Of a stretch of DNA of 64,000 bases, positions 38,619 to 51,100 are shown one piece after another. This DNA comes from Auanema rhodensis. Lineage: Eukaryota > Animalia > Nematoda. The stretch's first letter is position 1. Each line of letters begins with the position of its first letter. The stretch spans positions 12,152,001 through 12,216,000 of the forward strand of contig OZ059896.1 in assembly GCA_964057225.1 (NCBI GenBank), in the 5' to 3' direction. The notes below the pieces were generated by a model that made no database searches, was not told the origin of the DNA, and worked only from the letters and a program-made list of their open reading frames with translations. The position numbers and the translations under genes were made by a program.

Positions 38619-39110
38619 TTGTGGTTCAGTGGTAGTGGAATATTAGTCCAAGTAATAGGCAATAGACGCGAGTACAAGAGAAGAGTTTATTATCGGTGAT
38701 ACGAATACAATACGAGTAAACAGAAATAAATTGACGGGAAGATGATAGCGGTGGCAGGATAATATTGAGACATGATTTAGAAGAATTATTGCGGGTTTAT
38801 ATACTAGGTCCCCGGAAGTGATAGATAATGTATTAATTGTAGAAAGCGAGAGGAGGGGTCTAAATCCTATGTGATTCATCCCCCTTGCAAGTGGGCGACG
38901 GCTATCGCGCCTAAGATCTTGCCTAATGGATCAGATGGCAAAGGGCGATAGGTGATTCATCGGCAGATCGGCCGTTGGTGACAACTTACAGGATTATCGA
39001 TTAGATAGTTGAGGATAATGGATAGTACAAAGAGAGGACAATAAAGAAGTACAATTGAACTTAAACTAAGGAGGAACACTATTATCACGGGATGAGAGTG
39101 CTTCAGCACA
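38579..39110 (-). repeat. 5' LTR (532 bp)
   Basis: On the minus strand it begins TGTGCTGAAG and ends CAAAACGACA, followed directly by the PBS TGGTGCATC. By eye it is identical to 30326-30857 except G at 38966 vs A at 30713 (+ strand). Confidence 0.97.
38796..38803 (-). promoter_or_regulatory. Candidate TATA box in the 5' LTR (copy at 30543-30550)
   Basis: TATATAAA on the element strand, about 105 bp upstream of AATAAA, consistent with a U3-R-U5 layout. Confidence 0.65.
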
Positions 39111-42100
39111 AACAGTTGAATATTTTGTAATTTCTAAACCATTTTACTCCATCGCTTTTATTTAATCCCATATTTTAAACAATTTTATATTTCTACCGCT
39201 ATTTCATAATTTCATTTTTTAAATTTTTAATCATTAAAAAACATTTAAATTTCAATATTGTGATGCTCAAAAACTGAAACAGTTGAATATTTTGTAATTT
39301 CTAAACCATTTTACTCCATCGCTTTTATTTAATTCCATATTTTAAACAATTTTATATTTCTACCGCTATTTCATAATTTCATTTTTTAAATTTTTAATCA
39401 TTAAAAAACATTTAAATTTCAATATTGTGATGCTCAAAAACTGAAACATTTAAATATTTTGTATTTTCTAAACCATTTCACTCCATCTCTTTCATTTAAT
39501 TCCATATTTTAAACAATTTTATATTTCTACCACGAATTCATAACTTCATTTTTTAAATTTTTGATCATTAAAAAACATTTAAATTTCAATGTTGTGATGC
39601 TCAAAAACTGAAACAGTTGAATATTTTGTAATTTCTAAACCATTTTACTCCATCTCTTTCATTTAATTCCATATTTTAAACAATTTTATATTTCTACCAC
39701 GAATTCATAACTTCATTTTTTAAATTTTTAATCATTAAAAAACATTTAAATTTCAATATTGTTATGCTCAAAAACTGAAACATTTAAATATTTTGTATTT
39801 TCTAAACCATTTCACTCCATCTCTTTCATTTAATTCCATATTTTAAACAATTTTATATTTCTACCACGAATTCATAACTTCATTTTTTAAATTTTAGATC
39901 ATTAAAAAACATTTAAATTTCAATATTGTGATGCTCAAAAACTGAAACAGTTGAATATTTTGTAATTTCTAAACCATTTTACTCCATCGCTTTTATTTAA
40001 TCCCATATTTTAAACAATTTTATATTTCTACCGCTATTTCATAATTTCATTTTTTAAATTTTTAATCATTAAAAAACATTTAAATTTCAATATTGTGATG
40101 CTCAAAAACTGAAACAGTTGAATATTTTGTAATTTCTAAACCATTTTACTCCATCGCTTTTATTTAATTCCATATTTTAAACAATTTTATATTTCTACCG
40201 CTATTTCATAATTTCATTTTTTAAATTTTTAATCATTAAAAAACATTTAAATTTCAATATTGTGATGCTCAAAAACTGAAACATTTAAATATTTTGTATT
40301 TTCTAAACCATTTCACTCCATCTCTTTCATTTAATTCCATATTTTAAACAATTTTATATTTCTACCACGAATTCATAACTTCATTTTTTAAATTTTTGAT
40401 CATTAAAAAACATTTAAATTTCAATGTTGTGATGCTCAAAAACTGAAACAGTTGAATATTTTGTAATTTCTAAACCATTTTACTCCATCGCTTTTATTTA
40501 ATCTCATATTTTAAACAATTTTATATTTCTACCGCTATTTCATAATTTCATTTTTTAAATTTTTAATCATTAAAAAACATTTAAATTTCAATATTGTGAT
40601 GCTCAAAAACTGAAACAGTTGAATATTTTGTATTTTCTAAACCATTTTACTTCATATCTTTCATTTAATTCCATATTTTAAACAATTTTATATTTCTACC
40701 ACGAATTCATAACTTCATTTTTTAAATTTTTAATCATTAAAAAACATTTAAATTTCAATATTGTGATGCTCAAAAACTGAAACAGTTGAATATTTTGTAT
40801 TTTCTAAACCATTTTACTCCATCTATTTTATTTAATCCCACATTTTAAACAATTTTTTATTTCTACCGCTGTTTCATAAATTCATTTTTTAAATTTTTAA
40901 TCATTAAAAAACATATAAATTTCAATATTGTGATGCTCAAAAACTGAAACATTTAAATATTTTGTATTTTCTAAACCATTTCACTCCATCTCTTTCATTT
41001 AATTCCATATTTTAAACAATTTTATATTTCTACCACAAATTCATAACTTCATTTTTTAAATTTTTTATCATTAAAAAACATTTAAATTTCAATATTGTGA
41101 TGCTCAAAAACTGAAACAGTTAAATATTTTGTATTTTCTAAACCATTTCACTCCATCTCTTTCATTTAATTCCATATTATAAACAATTTTATATTTCTAC
41201 CACGAATTCATAACTTCATTTTTTAAATTTTTAATCATTAAAAAACATTTAAATTTCAATATTGTGATGCTCAAAAACTGAAACATTTAAATATTTTGTA
41301 TTTTCTAAACTATTTTACTCCATCGCTTTTATTTAATCCCATATTTTAAACAATTTTATATTTCTACCACGAATTCATAACTTCATTTTTTAAATTTTTG
41401 ATCATTAAAAAACATTTAAATTTCAATATTGTGATGCTCAAAAACTGAAACAGTTGAATATTTTGTATTTTCTAAACCATTTTACTCCATCGCTTTTATA
41501 TTTCTACCGCTATTTCGTAAATTCATTTTTTAAATTTTTAATCATTAAAAAACATATAAATTTCAATATTGTGATGCTCAAAAACTGAAACATTTAAATA
41601 TTTTGTATTTTCTAAACCATTTCACTCCATCTCTTTCATTTAATTCCATATTTTAAACAATTTTATATTTCTACCACGAATTCATAACTTCATTTTTTAA
41701 ATTTTTGATCATTAAAAAACATTTAAATTTCAATATTGTGATGCTCAAAAACTGAAACAGTTGAATATTTTGTATTTTCTAAACCATTTTACTTCATATC
41801 TTTCATTTAATTCCATATTTTAAACAATTTTATATTTCTACCACGAATTCATAACTTCATTTTTTAAATTTTTAATCATTAAAAAACATTTAAATTTCAA
41901 TATTGTGATGCTCAAAAACTGAAACAGTTGAATATTTTGTAATTTCTAAACCATTTTACTCCATCGCTTTTATTTAATTCCATATTTTAAACAATTTTAT
42001 ATTTCTACCGCTATTTCATAATTTCATTTTTTAAATTTTTAATCATTAAAAAACATTTAAATTTCAATATTGTGATGCTCAAAAACTGAAACATTTAAAT

Positions 42101-45100
42101 ATTTTGTATTTTCTAAACCATTTCACTCCATCTCTTTCATTTAATTCCATATTTTAAACAATTTTATATTTCTACCACGAATTCATAACTTCATTTTTTA
42201 AATTTTTGATCATTAAAAAACATTTAAATTTCAATGTTGTGATGCTCAAAAACTGAAACAGTTGAATATTTTGTAATTTCTAAACCATTTTACTCCATCT
42301 CTTTCATTTAATTCCATATTTTAAACAATTTTATATTTCTACCTCGAATTCATAACTTCATTTTTCAAATTTTTAATCATTAAAAAACATTTAAATTTCA
42401 ATATTGTGATGCTCAAAAACTGAAACATTTAAATATTTTGTATTTTCTAAACCATTTCACTCCATCTCTTTCATTTAATTCCATATTTTAAACAATTTTA
42501 TATTTCTACCACGAATTCATAACTTCATTTTTTAAATTTTTGATCATTAAAAAACATTTAAATTTCAATATTGTGATGCTCAAAAACTGAAACAGTTGAA
42601 TATTTTGTAATTTCTAAACCATTTTACTCCATCGCTTTTATTTAATCCCATATTTTAAACAATTTTATATTTCTACCGCTATTTCATAATTTCATTTTTT
42701 AAATTTTTAATCATTAAAAAACATTCAAATTTCAATATTGTGATGCTCAAAAACTGAAACAGTTGAATATTTTGTAATTTCTAAACCATTTTACTCCATC
42801 GCTTTTATTTAATTCCATATTTTAAACAATTTTATATTTCTACCGCTATTTCATAATTTCATTCTTTAAATTTTTAATCATTAAAAAACATTTAAATTTC
42901 AATATTGTGATGCTCAAAAACTGAAACAGTTGAATATTTTGTAATTTCTAAACCATTTTACTCCATCGCTTTTATTTAATTCCATATTTTAAACAATTTT
43001 ATATTTCTACCGCTATTTCATAATTTCATTCTTTAAATTTTTAATCATTAAAAAACATTTAAATTTCAATATTGTGATGCTCAAAAACTGAAACATTTAA
43101 ATATTTTGTAATTTCTAAACCATTTTACTTCATATCTTTCATTTAATTTCATATTTTAAACAATTTTATATTTCTACCACGAATTCATAACTTCATTTTT
43201 TAAATTTTTAATCATTAAAAAACATTTAAATTTCAATATTGTGATGCTCAAAAACTGAAACAGTTGAATATTTTGTAATTTCTTAACCATTTTACTCCAT
43301 CGCTTTTATTCAATCTCATATTTTAAACAATTTTATATTTCTACCGCTGTTTCATAATTTCATTTTTTAAATTTTTAATCATTAAAAAACATTTAAATTT
43401 CAATATTGTGATGCTCAAAAACTGAAACAGTTGAATATTTTGTATTTTCTAAACCATTTTACTTCATATCTTTCATTTAATTTCATATTTTAAACAATTT
43501 TATATTTCTACCACGAATTCATAACTTCATTTTTTAAATTTTTAATCATTAAAAAACATTTAAATTTCAATATTGTGATGCTCAAAAACTGAAACATTTA
43601 AATATTTTGTATTTTCTAAACCATTTTACTCCATCGCTTTTATTTAATCCCATATTTTAAACAATTTTATATTTCTACCACGAATTCATAACTTCATTTT
43701 TTAAATTTTTGATCATTAAAAAACATTTAAATTTCAATATTGTGATGCTCAAAAACTGAAACAGTTGAATATTTTGTATTTTCTAAACCATTTTACTCCA
43801 TCGCTTTTATATTTCTACCGCTATTTCATAAATTCATTTTTTAAATTTTTAATCATTAAAAAACATATAAATTTCAATATTGTGATGCTCAAAAACTGAA
43901 ACATTTAAATATTTTGTATTTTCTAAACCATTTCACTCCATCTCTTTCATTTAATTCCATATTTTAAACAATTTTATATTTCTATCACGAATTCATAACT
44001 TCATTTTTTAAATTTTTGATCATTAAAAAACATTTAAATTTCAATATTGTGATGCTCAAAAACTGAAACAGTTGAATATTTTGTATTTTCTAAACCATTT
44101 TACTTCATATCTTTCATTTAATTTCATATTTTAAACAATTTTATATTTCTACCACGAATTCATAACTTCATTTTTTAAATTTTTAATCATTAAAAAACAT
44201 TTAAATTTCAATATTGTGATGCTCAAAAACTGAAACATTTAAATATTTTGTATTTTCTAAACCATTTTACTCCATCGCTTTTATTTAATCCCATATTTTA
44301 AACAATTTTATATTTCTACCACGAATTCATAACTTCATTTTTTAAATTTTTGATCATTAAAAAACATTTAAATTTCAATATTGTGATGCTCAAAAACTGA
44401 AACAGTTGAATATTTTGTATTTTCTAAACCATTTTACTCCATCGCTTTTATATTTCTACCGCTATTTCATAAATTCATTTTTTAAATTTTTAATCATTAA
44501 AAAACATATAAATTTCAATATTGTGATGCTCAAAAACTGAAACATTTAAATATTTTGTATTTTCTAAACCATTTCACTCCATCTCTTTCATTTAATTCCA
44601 TATTTTAAACAATTTTATACTTCTATCACGAATTCATAACTTCATTTTTTAAATTTTTGATCATTAAAAAACATTTAAATTTCAATATTGTGATGCTCAA
44701 AAACTGAAACAGTTGAATATTTTGTATTTTCTAAACCATTTTACTTCATATCTTTCATTTAATTCCATATTTTAAACAATTTTATATTTCTACCACGAAT
44801 TCATAACTTCATTTTTTAAATTTTTAATCATTAAAAAACATTTAAATTTCAATATTGTGATGCTCAAAAACTGAAACAGTTGAATATTTTGTAATTTCTA
44901 AACCATTTTACTCCATCGCTTTTATTTAATTCCATATTTTAAACAATTTTTTATTTCTACCGCTATTTCATAATTTCATTTTTTAAATTTTTAATCATTA
45001 AAAAACATTTAAATTTCAATATTGTGATGCTCAAAAACTGAAACATTTAAATATTTTGTATTTTCTAAACCATTTCACTCCATCTCTTTCATTTAATTCC

Positions 45101-48100
45101 ATATTTTAAACAATTTTATATTTCTACCACGAATTCATAACTTCATTTTTTAAATTTTTGATCATTAAAAAACATTTAAATTTCAATGTTGTGATGCTCA
45201 AAAACTGAAACAGTTGAATATTTTGTAATTTCTAAACCATTTTACTCCATCTCTTTCATTTAATTCCATATTTTAAACAATTTTATATTTCTACCTCGAA
45301 TTCATAACTTCATTTTTCAAATTTTTAATCATTAAAAAACATTTAAATTTCAATATTGTGATGCTCAAAAACTGAAACATTTAAATATTTTGTATTTTCT
45401 AAACCATTTCACTCCATCTCTTTCATTTAATTCCATATTTTAAACAATTTTATATTTCTACCACGAATTCATAACTTCATTTTTTAAATTTTTGATCATT
45501 AAAAAACATTTAAATTTCAATGTTGTGATGCTCAAAAACTGAAACAGTTGAATATTTTGTAATTTCTAAACCATTTTACTCCATCGCTTTTATTTAATCT
45601 CATATTTTAAACAATTTTATATTTCTACCGCTATTTCATAATTTCATTTTTTAAATTTTTAATCATTAAAAAACATTTAAATTTCAATATTGTGATGCTC
45701 AAAAACTGAAACAGTTGAATATTTTGTAATTTCTAAACCATTTTACTCCATCGCTTTTATTTAATCTCATATTTTAAACAATTTTATATTTCTACCGCTA
45801 TTTCATAATTTCATTTTTTAAATTTTTAATCATTAAAAAACATTTAAATTTCAATATTGTGATGCTCAAAAACTGAAACAGTTGAATATTTTGTATTTTC
45901 TAAACCATTTTACTTCATATCTTTCATTTAATTCCATATTTTAAACAATTTTATATTTCTACCACGAATTCATAACTTCATTTTTTAAATTTTTAATCAT
46001 TAAAAAACATTTAAATTTCAATATTGTGATGCTCAAAAACTGAAACAGTTGAATATTTTGTATTTTCTAAACCATTTTACTCCATCTATTTTATTTAATC
46101 CCACATTTTAAACAATTTTTTATTTCTACCGCTGTTTCATAAATTCATTTTTTAAATTTTTAATCATTAAAAAACATATAAATTTCAATATTGTGATGCT
46201 CAAAAACTGAAACATTTAAATATTTTGTATTTTCTAAACCATTTCACTCCATCTCTTTCATTTAATTCCATATTTTAAACAATTTTATATTTCTACCACA
46301 AATTCATAACTTCATTTTTTAAATTTTTGATCATTAAAAAACATTTAAATTTCAATATTGTGATGCTCAAAAACTGAAACAGTTAAATATTTTGTATTTT
46401 CTAAACCATTTCACTCCATCTCTTTCATTTAATTCCATATTATAAACAATTTTATATTTCTACCACGAATTCATAACTTCATTTTTTAAATTTTTAATCA
46501 TTAAAAAACATTTAAATTTCAATATTGTGATGCTCAAAAACTGAAACATTTAAATATTTTGTATTTTCTAAACCATTTTACTCCATCGCTTTTATTTAAT
46601 CCCATATTTTAAACAATTTTATATTTCTACCACGAATTCATAACTTCATTTTTTAAATTTTTGATCATTAAAAAACATTTAAATTTCAATATTGTGATGC
46701 TCAAAAACTGAAACAGTTGAATATTTTGTATTTTCTAAACCATTTTACTCCATCGCTTTTATATTTCTACCGCTATTTCATAAATTCATTTTTTAAATTT
46801 TTAATCATTAAAAAACATATAAATTTCAATATTGTGATGCTCAAAAACTGAAACATTTAAATATTTTGTATTTTCTAAACCATTTCACTCCATCTCTTTC
46901 ATTTAATTCCATATTTTAAACAATTTTATATTTCTACCACGAATTCATAACTTCATTTTTTAAATTTTTGATCATTAAAAAACATTTAAATTTCAATATT
47001 GTGATGCTCAAAAACTGAAACAGTTGAATATTTTGTATTTTCTAAACCATTTTACTTCATATCTTTCATTTAATTACATATTTTAAACAATTTTATATTT
47101 CTACCACGAATTCATAACTTCATTTTTTAAATTTTTAATCATTAAAAAACATTTAAATTTCAATATTGTGATGCTCAAAAACTGAAACAGTTGAATATTT
47201 TGTAATTTCTAAACCATTTTACTCCATCGCTTTTATTTAATTCCATATTTTAAACAATTTTATATTTCTACCGCTATTTCATAATTTCATTTTTTAAATT
47301 TTTAATCATTAAAAAACATTTAAATTTCAATATTGTGATGCTCAAAAACTGAAACATTTAAATATTTTGTATTTTCTAAACCATTTCACTCCATCTCTTT
47401 CATTTAATTCCATATTTTAAACAATTTTATATTTCTACCACGAATTCATAACTTCATTTTTTAAATTTTTGATCATTAAAAAACATTTAAATTTCAATGT
47501 TGTGATGCTCAAAAACTGAAACAGTTGAATATTTTGTAATTTCTAAACCATTTTACTCCATCTCTTTCATTTAATTCCATATTTTAAACAATTTTATATT
47601 TCTACCTCGAATTCATAACTTCATTTTTCAAATTTTTAATCATTAAAAAACATTTAAATTTCAATATTGTGATGCTCAAAAACTGAAACATTTAAATATT
47701 TTGTATTTTCTAAACCATTTCACTCCATCTCTTTCATTTAATTCCATATTTTAAACAATTTTATATTTCTACCACGAATTCATAACTTCATTTTTTAAAT
47801 TTTTGATCATTAAAAAACATTTAAATTTCAATATTGTGATGCTCAAAAACTGAAACAGTTGAATATTTTGTAATTTCTAAACCATTTTACTCCATCGCTT
47901 TTATTTAATCCCATATTTTAAACAATTTTATATTTCTACCGCTATTTCATAATTTCATTTTTTAAATTTTTAATCATTAAAAAACATTCAAATTTCAATA
48001 TTGTGATGCTCAAAAACTGAAACAGTTGAATATTTTGTAATTTCTAAACCATTTTACTCCATCGCTTTTATTTAATTCCATATTTTAAACAATTTTATAT

Positions 48101-51100
48101 TTCTACCGCTATTTCATAATTTCATTCTTTAAATTTTTAATCATTAAAAAACATTTAAATTTCAATATTGTGATGCTCAAAAACTGAAACATTTAAATAT
48201 TTTGTAATTTCTAAACCATTTTACTTCATATCTTTCATTTAATTTCATATTTTAAACAATTTTATATTTCTACCACGAATTCATAACTTCATTTTTTAAA
48301 TTTTTAATCATTAAAAAACATTTAAATTTCAATATTGTGATGCTCAAAAACTGAAACAGTTGAATATTTTGTAATTTCTTAACCATTTTACTCCATCGCT
48401 TTTATTCAATCTCATATTTTAAACAATTTTATATTTCTACCGCTATTTCATAATTTCATTTTTTAAATTTTTAATCATTAAAAAACATTTAAATTTCAAT
48501 ATTGTGATGCTCAAAAACTGAAACAGTTGAATATTTTGTATTTTCTAAACCATTTTACTTCATATCTTTCATTTAATTTCATATTTTAAACAATTTTATA
48601 TTTCTACCACGAATTCATAACTTCATTTTTTAAATTTTTAATCATTAAAAAACATTTAAATTTCAATATTGTGATGCTCAAAAACTGAAACAGTTGAATA
48701 TTTTGTATTTTCTAAACCATTTTACTCCATCTATTTTATTTAATCCCACATTTTAAACAATTTTATATTTCTACCGCTGTTTCATAAATTCATTTTTTAA
48801 ATTTTTAATCATTAAAAAACATATAAATTTCAATATTGTGATGCTCAAAAACTGAAACATTTAAATATTTTGTATTTTCTAAACCATTTCACTCCATCTC
48901 TTTCATTTAATTCCATATTTTAAACAATTTTATATTTCTACCACGAATTCATAACTTCATTTTTTAAATTTTTATTCATTAAAAAACATTTAAATTTCAA
49001 TATTGTGATGCTCAAAAACTGAAACAGTTGAATATTTTGTAATTTCTAAACCATTTTACTCCATCTCTTTCATTTAATTCCATATTTTAAACAATTTTAT
49101 ATTTCTACCGCTATTTCATAATTTCATTTTTTAAATTTTTAATCATTAAAAAACATTCAAATTTCAATATTGTGATGCTCAAAAACTGAAACAGTTGAAT
49201 ATTTTGTAATTTCTAAACCATTTTACTCCATCGCTTTTATTTAATTCCATATTTTAAACAATTTTATATTTCTACCGCTATTTCATAATTTCATTCTTTA
49301 AATTTTTAATCATTAAAAAACATTTAAATTTCAATATTGTGATGCTCAAAAACTGAAACATTTAAATATTTTGTAATTTCTAAACCATTTTACTTCATAT
49401 CTTTCATTTAATTTCATATTTTAAACAATTTTATATTTCTACCACGAATTCATAACTTCATTTTTTAAATTTTTAATCATTAAAAAACATTTAAATTTCA
49501 ATATTGTGATGCTCAAAAACTGAAACAGTTGAATATTTTGTAATTTCTTAACCATTTTACTCCATCGCTTTTATTCAATCTCATATTTTAAACAATTTTA
49601 TATTTCTACCGCTATTTCATAATTTCATTTTTTAAATTTTTAATCATTAAAAAACATTTAAATTTCAATATTGTGATGCTCAAAAACTGAAACAGTTGAA
49701 TATTTTGTATTTTCTAAACCATTTTACTTCATATCTTTCATTTAATTTCATATTTTAAACAATTTTATATTTCTACCACGAATTCATAACTTCATTTTTT
49801 AAATTTTTAATCATTAAAAAACATTTAAATTTCAATATTGTGATGCTCAAAAACTGAAACAGTTGAATATTTTGTATTTTCTAAACCATTTTACTCCATC
49901 TATTTTATTTAATCCCACATTTTAAACAATTTTATATTTCTACCGCTGTTTCATAAATTCATTTTTTAAATTTTTAATCATTAAAAAACATATAAATTTC
50001 AATATTGTGATGCTCAAAAACTGAAACATTTAAATATTTTGTATTTTCTAAACCATTTCACTCCATCTCTTTCATTTAATTCCATATTTTAAACAATTTT
50101 ATATTTCTACCACGAATTCATAACTTCATTTTTTAAATTTTTATTCATTAAAAAACATTTAAATTTCAATATTGTGATGCTCAAAAACTGAAACAGTTGA
50201 ATATTTTGTAATTTCTAAACCATTTTACTCCATCTCTTTCATTTAATTCCATATTTTAAACAATTTTATATTTCTACCGCTGTTTCATAAATTCATTTTT
50301 TAAATTTTTAATCATTAAAAAACATATAAATTTCAATATTGTGATGCTCAAAAACTGAAACAGTTGAATATTTTGTAATTTCTAAACCATTTTACTCCAT
50401 CGCTTTTATTTAATTCCATATTTTAAACAATTTTATATTTCTACCGCTGTTTCATAATTTCATTTTTTAAATTTTTAATCATTAAAAAACATTTAAATTT
50501 CAATATTGTGATGCTCAAAAACTGAAACAGTTGAATATTTTGTAATTTCTAAACCATTTCACTCCATCTCTTTTATTTAATTCCATATTTTAAACAATTT
50601 TATATTTCTACCACGAATTCATAACTTCATTTTTTAAATTTTTATTCATTAAAAAACATTTAAATTTCAATATTGTGATGCTCAAAAACTGAAACAGTTG
50701 AATATTTTGTATTTTCTAAACCATTTTACTTCATATCTTTCATTTAATTCCATATTTTAAACAGTTTTATATTTCTACCACGAATTCATAACTTCATTTT
50801 TTAAATTTTTAATCATTAAAAAACATTTAAATTTCAATATTGTGATGCTCAAAAACTGAAACAGTTGAATATTTTGTATTTTCTAAACCATTTTACTCCA
50901 TCTATTTTATTTAATCCCACATTTTAAACAATTTTATATTTCTACCGCTGTTTCATAAATTCATTTTTTAAATTTTTAATCATTAAAAAACATATAAATT
51001 TCAATATTGTGATGCTCAAAAACTGAAACATTTAAATATTTTGTATTTTCTAAACCATTTCACTCCATCTCTTTCATTTAATTCCATATTTTAAACAATT

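Larger units (their letters stand above)
30326..39110 (-). mobile_element. Full-length BEL/Pao LTR retrotransposon (Belpaoviridae-type endogenous virus) with phlebovirus-like env, 8,785 bp
   Basis: Two 532-bp direct LTRs with TG...CA ends, offset by 8,253 bp. Flanking AACA duplication. PBS next to the 5' LTR. Single ORF in the order Gag (3 Zn knuckles)-PR-RT (YVDN)-RNaseH-IN-Env, with BEL/Pao-diagnostic motifs KLRIVYDAS, RVPFG, DNPADIATRG and APWQGGFYERL. Confidence 0.98.

Noticed and set aside
31102-38677. Short overlapping alternative-frame and antisense ORFs (60-144 aa)
   Set aside because: They are shadows of the long polyprotein ORF in compositionally biased sequence, many with non-ATG starts and none with recognisable domains.
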